Assembly (NCBI GenBank): GCA_963833225.1 | Contig: CAWHXD010000019.1 | Span: 128,001 to 192,000, forward strand | DNA: 64,000 bases | Direction: 5' to 3' | Source: an uncultured Chloroflexia bacterium | Lineage (GTDB): Bacteria; Chloroflexota; Limnocylindria; Limnocylindrales; CSP1-4 | Part shown: one piece after another, positions 58,173 to 64,000 of the stretch | Numbering within the stretch: the stretch's first letter is position 1 | Layout: the number at the start of each line of letters is the position of its first letter | Notes under the pieces: model-generated | What the model was told of the DNA's origin: nothing | The model's database searches: none | Seen by the model: the letters and a program-made list of their open reading frames with translations, nothing else | Position numbers and translations under genes: made by a program

Positions 58173-58841
58173 CTACTCGCCGTACGCCTTGGTGGCGCCG
58201 TACTTCGCCTGAGCCTTGGTGAAGCCCTCGTACTCCAACTGGTCGATGAGGCTCGGCAGCGAGAACGACGAGTACTCGAGGTAGTCCTGCGCCTTCAGGT
58301 ACGACTGCTCCTTCCAGTTCACCTTGAGCGAGTCAACGGCGAACGTGGAGACGGTCTTGGTGAACCCTTCGTACACCAACTGGTCGATGAGTCCGCTGCG
58401 CGAGAACGACGTGTAGTCGAGGTAGTCCTGCGCCTTGGCGATGGCGTTGCGCTGCGATGCGGTGAGCGCAGGCGTGGGCTTGGGCGCAGGGATCGGATCG
58501 GGGGCCTGGGTGGCCTCGGCAGTGGGCTCCGGGGTCGGATCTGGGGTCGCCTCGGGCGACGTGGTCGCCTCGGGCGCGGGCTCCTCGGAGGCCGTGGGCT
58601 CCTCGGTCTCCGCCGGAGCCTCGGACACCTCGGCGACACCGGTTGGACTCGGCGAGGCGGCGTCACCCGAGCCGCCAGCCGAGAGATTGCTGATCGAGCC
58701 GATCACGAAGAGGGCGGCGACCACGATCAGCGCGATCCCCCAGCGCTTCTTCCACCACGGCTTCGCTGGTTGTGATTGCGGGGTCCCCGGCGGGAGCGGC
58801 GGCTGAGCATCGGCAGGGGGCGGCGGAAGGGTCGGCGTCAT
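58173..58841 (-). CDS. Ltp family surface protein (two Ltp repeats)
   Basis: KPWWKK plus TM helix, P/E/T linker, two A..KAQDYL.Y.SFS...LIDQL.YEGFT repeats. Confidence 0.88.
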   Translation of the reverse strand: MTPTLPPPPADAQPPLPPGTPQSQPAKPWWKKRWGIALIVVAALFVIGSISNLSAGGSGDAASPSPTGVAEVSEAPAETEEPTASEEPAPEATTSPEATPDPTPEPTAEATQAPDPIPAPKPTPALTASQRNAIAKAQDYLDYTSFSRSGLIDQLVYEGFTKTVSTFAVDSLKVNWKEQSYLKAQDYLEYSSFSLPSLIDQLEYEGFTKAQAKYGATKAYGE

Positions 58842-59246
58842 CGACGGGTGAGCTCCAGTACTGCAAGCGCGATTGCGCCCTGTGCGGGCAAGCCCCGTGT
58901 CCTGTCTAGGGGGTGCTGCTGGCAGGAGAGTCGGGCGTCGAATGACGCCCCGGGTACGTTGACGCTATGCACGGCGTCCTGGACGGGCAAGGGGTCGTTC
59001 GTACTGGGGAACCTATCCCGGCACCCGGCCTTCCCGGATCGGCCGAAGGCACCTGGCGAGTTCGCGGATGACCTCGATCTCCGTTGGCGCGACCGCCGCT
59101 CCAGCCCTCGGGCGCGCCATCAGCGACCGGCGGCGTTGACGCGGTACAAGTCACCAGCGACTACGGGCGCCCATGATCACGAGGAGCTCGCCGCGGGGTC
59201 ACGCACAGCCGAGAGCAGGACGCGACCGAGACCGGCCAGGGGCAAC

Positions 59247-60026
59247 CTAACGGGCCTCGAACGATCGCTTGGACAGCCCCATGAACCAGCCCTCGATGGC
59301 GGTCTTCGGCGCGTCGTCGGGCGTCGCGGCGGCGCCCAGGGTGACGAACAGCGGGGCGAAGTGCTCGACGGTCGGATGGGCGTACGGCATCCCGGGCGCC
59401 TTCTCGCGGAACGCGAACAGGGTGTCGATGTCGCCCCGCTCGAGCGCCTCGGCCACCCACCGGTCGAACTCGATCGACCAGGCGGGCGCGCCGGGGCGCC
59501 CATCCCAGTACTCGCCGAGGTAGGGCAGCCCGTGGGTCATGAACCCGGAGCCCACGATCAGCACGCCCTCGTGGCGGAGCGGTGCCAGTCGGCGCCCCAC
59601 CTCGAACAGGTGCGCCGGGTCAAGGTCGGGCATCGACACCTGGAGCACCGGCACGTCGGCATCGGGGTACATGGCCATCAGCGGAACCCAGGCGCCGTGA
59701 TCCAGGCCCCTGGTGGGACGCTCGATGACCGGCTCCGTGGCGGGCATCAGCGCCTTGACGGAGGCGGCCAGCTCGGGCGCGCCCGGGGAGCGGTACTCGA
59801 GGTCGTAGTACCGCTGGGGGAAGCCGTAGAAGTCGTAGACGAGGGGGACGGTGGTGGTCGCGGCGATGGCCATGGGGGCGGTCTGCCAGTGGGCGCTGAC
59901 CATCAGCACGGCCTTGGGCTTGGGCAGCGCCGCCGACCAGCCGGCGAGCTCCGCCATCCACAGCGGGTCGTCGAGAAGCGGCGGCGCGCCGTGGCCGAGA
60001 TAGAGGGCGGGGAGCGGAGCGGTCAT
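59247..60026 (-). CDS. Class III extradiol ring-cleavage dioxygenase (LigB/DODA-like)
   Basis: GHGAP, VSAHW, YDFYGFP..YY, GLDHGAW, GSGFMTH, AHPTVEHFAPL. Confidence 0.92.
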   Translation of the reverse strand: MTAPLPALYLGHGAPPLLDDPLWMAELAGWSAALPKPKAVLMVSAHWQTAPMAIAATTTVPLVYDFYGFPQRYYDLEYRSPGAPELAASVKALMPATEPVIERPTRGLDHGAWVPLMAMYPDADVPVLQVSMPDLDPAHLFEVGRRLAPLRHEGVLIVGSGFMTHGLPYLGEYWDGRPGAPAWSIEFDRWVAEALERGDIDTLFAFREKAPGMPYAHPTVEHFAPLFVTLGAAATPDDAPKTAIEGWFMGLSKRSFEAR

Positions 60027-60132
60027 GGGCGCGAGGAACTCCGTGGGACGACGGGCTGATCCCGAACGGTCGACTGCTTGTCCGGGCGGTGCAATGCAGC
60101 CGCCGGCAGGGCGGCGACGCGGGAGGGCGACC

Positions 60133-60849
60133 ATGAGCACTCCGGAGCGGCTGGTGGTGCTGATCACCGGTGCCACCGGGCCCGCCGGGCGCGCGACGGC
60201 CCGCCGGTTCGCCGCCGATGGCCACCTCGTTGCGCTCAATGGGTCGGACGCGGACCGGCTGGCGACCACGATCCGCGAGCTGGACCTGCCACCGGACGCA
60301 TCGCTCGCGGTCGCCGGCGACCTCACGGACGCCGTCGCGGCGCGGGCGGTCGTAGGCGGGGTTGTCGATGCCTTCGGGCGCATCGATGTCGTGGCCCATC
60401 TGGTGGGCGGGTATGCGGGCGGGACCGCGGTGGCGGAGCTTGAGCACGACGAGGTGAGCCACATGCTCGACCAGCACCTGTGGACCACGCTCAACGTCCT
60501 CCAAGCGGTGGTGCCAGGCATGCGCGAGCGGGGCTTCGGGCGCGTGGTCGCGGTGTCGTCGTCGCTCGCGGCCAACCCGGGACGCCGCGGCGCGAGCTAC
60601 GCGATGGCCAAGGGCGCCCAGGAGATCCTGATCCGGTCCCTTGCGAAGGAGGCGGCACCAGACGGCGTCACGGCGAATCTGCTCGTGGTCCGGACGCTGG
60701 ACGACGAGCGGTCCCGCACCGCCCAGCCCAACGCGAAGACGGCTGGCTGGACGACGCCCGAGGAGGTGGCCGAGGCCATCGCCTGGCTCGCCTCGCCGGC
60801 GGCCGCGGCGGTCAACGGCACGCGCATCCCGCTCGACGGCCGCGGCTGA
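60133..60849 (+). CDS. SDR family oxidoreductase
   Basis: ITGATGPAG, FGRIDV, YAMAK. Confidence 0.88.
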   Translation: MSTPERLVVLITGATGPAGRATARRFAADGHLVALNGSDADRLATTIRELDLPPDASLAVAGDLTDAVAARAVVGGVVDAFGRIDVVAHLVGGYAGGTAVAELEHDEVSHMLDQHLWTTLNVLQAVVPGMRERGFGRVVAVSSSLAANPGRRGASYAMAKGAQEILIRSLAKEAAPDGVTANLLVVRTLDDERSRTAQPNAKTAGWTTPEEVAEAIAWLASPAAAAVNGTRIPLDGRG

Positions 60850-60900
60850 CGCTGGCGGCGCGCGGTTGCCGGGCTCGCCGCGTCTGCGCAGGGGCCGCGC

Positions 60901-62151
60901 TCACCCCAAGCGGATGCGGCCGAACAACGCCCTCGCGGAGCGTGGACGGCGCACGCGAGCGGCCAGCCGCTCCGCGAGCCACGCGTATTCCTCGGGACGG
61001 TTGTAGCGCTGGGCGCTGACCCGCACCAGGGCCTGGGAGGGCCCGCCGCCGGCCTCCATCGCCGCGCGAACCGGGAAGGCGAAGACCGGCACCTCGATCC
61101 GGTCCTCGTCGAGGAGGACAGTCTGCAGGCGCTCGACGGCGGCCTCGTTTGGGGCCACGGTCGGCAGGGGAATGGACGCCATCGACCCCAGCATCTCGTC
61201 CGGCGCCGGCGGCGGGACGTCGAGCGCGACGCACAGGCGATCGCGCGCCTCCCGGGCGAGGGCCACGTTCGCCGCCATCAGGCCGGACCAGCCGTTCTCG
61301 TGGAGCCCGCCCACGAACCGGATCGCCGCGGGAAGCGCGAGGTACGGCGTGGGATCCGCGGTCCCGGTCCAGTCGAACTCCGCGCGGAATCGTGCCCGAT
61401 CGGGGCGCCGGTCGTTGGCGCCGTGCGAGACCACCAGGGGGTGGATTCGCGCCCGGCGGTCGCCGCGGACGTGGAGCATGCCCGAGCCCTTGGGGGCGCA
61501 CAGCCACTTGTGGCCATTCCCGGTCCAGTACGCGGCCCCCAGGCTGTCGAGGTCGATCGGCAGCATCCCGGGGGCATGAGCGCCGTCCACGAGGGTGTCG
61601 ACGCCGCGGCGGTCCAGCTCACGGACGATGGCGGCCACCGGCAGGATGAGGGCGGTCGGCGAGGTGACATGGCTCACGAGCGCGAGGCGGGTTCGCGGGG
61701 TCACGGCGTCGAGGTAGGCCTCCACGACCTGCGACGGATCGTGGACCGGGAACGGCACCCGGACGAGGGTCAGGCTCGCCCCGTCGCGGCGCGCGGCCGC
61801 CGCCAGGGCGTTGAGCGTGGCGTTGTACTCGTGGTCGCTGGCGAGCAGCTCATCGCCTTCCCGGAACCGCAGCGAGGCGAGCACGGTGGACACGCCCGTG
61901 GTGGCGTTGGGGACGAACGCGATTCCGTCCGGATCCGCGCCAAGGAACGCGGCGACATCATGGCGGGCCGCGTCGAGGTTCGCCTCCAGCTCCTGGGCGA
62001 GGAACCGGACGGGTTCCCGCTCCATCCGGTCGCGCCAGGCCCGCTGCGCCTCGAGGACCGGGGTCGGACAGGCGCCGAACGACCCATGGTTGAGGAACGA
62101 GAGATCAGGCTCGAGGAGCCACGGCGAGCGATCGAAGGTGCGTCCGGCCAC
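60901..62151 (-). CDS. Class V PLP-dependent enzyme (isopenicillin N epimerase/EgtE-like)
   Basis: FLNHGSFGACP, NATTG, SHVTSPTA, DGAHAPG, GNGHKWLCAPKG. Confidence 0.88.
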   Translation of the reverse strand: MAGRTFDRSPWLLEPDLSFLNHGSFGACPTPVLEAQRAWRDRMEREPVRFLAQELEANLDAARHDVAAFLGADPDGIAFVPNATTGVSTVLASLRFREGDELLASDHEYNATLNALAAAARRDGASLTLVRVPFPVHDPSQVVEAYLDAVTPRTRLALVSHVTSPTALILPVAAIVRELDRRGVDTLVDGAHAPGMLPIDLDSLGAAYWTGNGHKWLCAPKGSGMLHVRGDRRARIHPLVVSHGANDRRPDRARFRAEFDWTGTADPTPYLALPAAIRFVGGLHENGWSGLMAANVALAREARDRLCVALDVPPPAPDEMLGSMASIPLPTVAPNEAAVERLQTVLLDEDRIEVPVFAFPVRAAMEAGGGPSQALVRVSAQRYNRPEEYAWLAERLAARVRRPRSARALFGRIRLG

Positions 62152-62161
62152 GGACGCGATG

Positions 62162-62926
62162 CTAGCCGACGCCGGCGGCCAGCGGCTCGCCATCTGCGGC
62201 TGATGCCGTGGGTTCCGCGGCGCCGGGCGGGATCACGTGCGCCCGGCCGGCGCCGTGCACGGTCCACCCTCCGCCCGGTGGGCCGATGACGAGCGTGCGC
62301 TCCTCGAGACCGAGCCACGTCAGGCGCTGCTCCGGGTCCACGACCGCACGCCAGCCGGCCACGCGCCCGAGTTCGAAGTGGGGGAGCACGACGATGCCCG
62401 GTACCAGGCCGAGGCCCACCGCCGGCCCGTCGCGCGTCCAGAGCCGCTCCGCGAGGGCCATCGCGCCCGCGCTCGCGCCCGCCACGCACGCGCCGCGCCC
62501 GGATGCGCGCAGGAGGGCGTCCCAGGCGAGCGTGTCTTTGAGCACCGAGGGCACCAGGTCGGGGTCGCCGCCGGGGAGGTGCACCAGGTCCGCCTGCTCC
62601 ACCAGGGCCGCGTTGCCGGGATCGTCGGCCGCGTTCCTGTCGAGGACGGGGGCGACGTCGACGCGCACGCGGATCCCCAGCCAGGTCGCCGCTGCCTCGA
62701 AGGCTGAGCGTCCGTGGGCCACCGCCAGGTCCGGTCGGTGCCGGGCGACGGCGGTGGGGACGAGGACCACGCGCACGGGTTCCTCGTGCGTCCCGGCCCC
62801 GAGCCGGGCGGCGCGGGCTGTGGCTCCGGCCGCAACGAGCGCGTCCATCGCCGCCTCATCGCCGGCGACGTACTCGCCGCCGCCGTGGAGGGCGACGGGT
62901 CCGTGCAGGGCGACGGCTCCGGTCAG
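62162..62926 (-). CDS. Peptidase S51/cyanophycinase-like (type 1 glutamine amidotransferase-like) protein
   Basis: VALHGGGE in frame upstream of the track start, VPTA, LPGGDP, GASAGAM, LPHF; probable CTG start overlapping the upstream stop. Confidence 0.8.
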   Translation of the reverse strand: MTGAVALHGPVALHGGGEYVAGDEAAMDALVAAGATARAARLGAGTHEEPVRVVLVPTAVARHRPDLAVAHGRSAFEAAATWLGIRVRVDVAPVLDRNAADDPGNAALVEQADLVHLPGGDPDLVPSVLKDTLAWDALLRASGRGACVAGASAGAMALAERLWTRDGPAVGLGLVPGIVVLPHFELGRVAGWRAVVDPEQRLTWLGLEERTLVIGPPGGGWTVHGAGRAHVIPPGAAEPTASAADGEPLAAGVG

Positions 62927-63270
62927 GGCGCGTCCCCCTCGTCATCCGCGTCATCGGGTGGCTCTGGGAGGCCCGGTGGCGGGCTCGGCGTCACGTCGAT
63001 GATCACCCGTTCAGGGGGCCGGCGCCCGCCGAGGACCCGGGCCAGCCGCTCCGGGCCGGCCACGAACGGCGCGATCATCGCCAGCACCAGGATCGGCAGC
63101 AGGAAGCGGAACGGCCCGGGGAACCGGACGATGACGAAGATGCCGATCGCGTAGACCAGCCAGGCGGTGAACAGGGATCGGCTCGGCCACCCCGCCACTC
63201 GCAACCGCCAGACAGGCAGCAGCGCAAGCAGGGTCGCGACGAGGAGCAGGATCAGGATGCCGGGCCACAT
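62923..63270 (-). CDS. Small membrane protein
   Basis: Three hydrophobic helices and a Pro/acidic tail. Confidence 0.7.
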   Translation of the reverse strand: MWPGILILLLVATLLALLPVWRLRVAGWPSRSLFTAWLVYAIGIFVIVRFPGPFRFLLPILVLAMIAPFVAGPERLARVLGGRRPPERVIIDVTPSPPPGLPEPPDDADDEGDAP

Positions 63271-63619
63271 GGGGTCCGAGCATACGCCGGGCCTCCCCGC
63301 GCCGGCACGTCCGCTCGGGCCGCAGTTCGAGGTCCCGGGCGCCGGGCGCCCGAACGGTCCCGTCGCGGGCTCAGTCGGGCTCGGGGTGCCCCGCACGGCC
63401 CGCGCATGGTGGCCCTGGGTGTCATTCGAGGCTTCCCGCGCCCGGCCCGTCGCACGGTGCGCTCGTTCAGGCGCCGGGGGCCCGGCCCGCGCCCGGCCCC
63501 CGCCCGGCCCGCCCCCGCGGGTCCCGCTCCGACTCGCCGTCCCGAGCCTTGGCGCACGCCACCGGCCGCCCCTCGCGGACCGGCTACGATGGGCCGTCCG
63601 CAACCAGACAGGACGTCCG

Positions 63620-64000
63620 ATGCCGTCACGTTTCCGCCCCTGGCTGGACCGCTGGGGAGCGGTCCTGCCCCTCCTTGTCGCCGAGTCCACGATCTGGCTC
63701 GGCTTTGGCGCGCTGCTGCCGATCCTGCCGATCTACTTCACCCATCACGGCGTGGACCTGCCGACCCTGGGGGTGGTGGTGGCCGCGTGGCCGGCCGCGC
63801 GCCTGGTCGGGGAGCCGTTCTTCGGCTGGCTGGCGGACCGCGCGCCACGGCGCCCGTTGATGATCACCGGGCTGATCCTGTCCTCGGTGTTCACGGTCCT
63901 GCCGCTGTTCATCACGGGGCCGGTGGCGTTCATCGTGCTGCGCGCGCTCCAGGGGCTGGCGGCCTCGATGTACGACCCTGCGGCGCGCGCCTACCTCGTG
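63620..64000 (+). CDS. MFS transporter (partial)
   Basis: Manual translation: GFGALLPILPIY, FGWLADRAPRRP (motif A), LRALQG; runs off window edge. Confidence 0.88.
   Translation, partial: MPSRFRPWLDRWGAVLPLLVAESTIWLGFGALLPILPIYFTHHGVDLPTLGVVVAAWPAARLVGEPFFGWLADRAPRRPLMITGLILSSVFTVLPLFITGPVAFIVLRALQGLAASMYDPAARAYLV

Noticed and set aside
63440-63545. GC-rich CCCGG/CCCGC repeats upstream of the MFS gene
   Set aside because: Low-complexity sequence with no consistent period or supportable function.

Overview
High-GC bacterial chromosomal window. Gene content (FMN riboswitch with a RibXY-type ABC transporter, split b6-type cytochrome b, F420-dependent reductase) suggests Chloroflexota, possibly Ca. 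Limnocylindria; this is inference only. Most of the window is metabolic, transport and signalling genes: two GGDEF proteins, a class III cyclase, a polar amino-acid ABC operon, a flavoprotein-Rieske/cytochrome b operon, cell-wall enzymes and two tRNAs. The best-supported unusual element is a 3,013-bp transposon (17437-20449) with perfect 24-bp terminal inverted repeats and an 8-bp target duplication equal to the last 8 nt of tRNA-Arg(UCG). It encodes an IS256/Mutator-like DDE transposase fused to two DUF4379-type zinc ribbons, plus a DUF4304-like passenger gene. Other highlights: an eCIS-effector-like giant protein beside that element; a decayed element at tRNA-Lys that duplicates the promoter and 5' half of the tRNA; a cuckoo-like two-hairpin sRNA candidate; a structured ncRNA candidate behind DnaA-like boxes; and a Rieske/cytb complex led by an NAD(P)/FAD/Fe-S flavoprotein. 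Several single-base frameshifts and one in-frame stop suggest sequence errors, so split genes should be checked against reads. All family assignments come from motif recognition by eye, not database searches.
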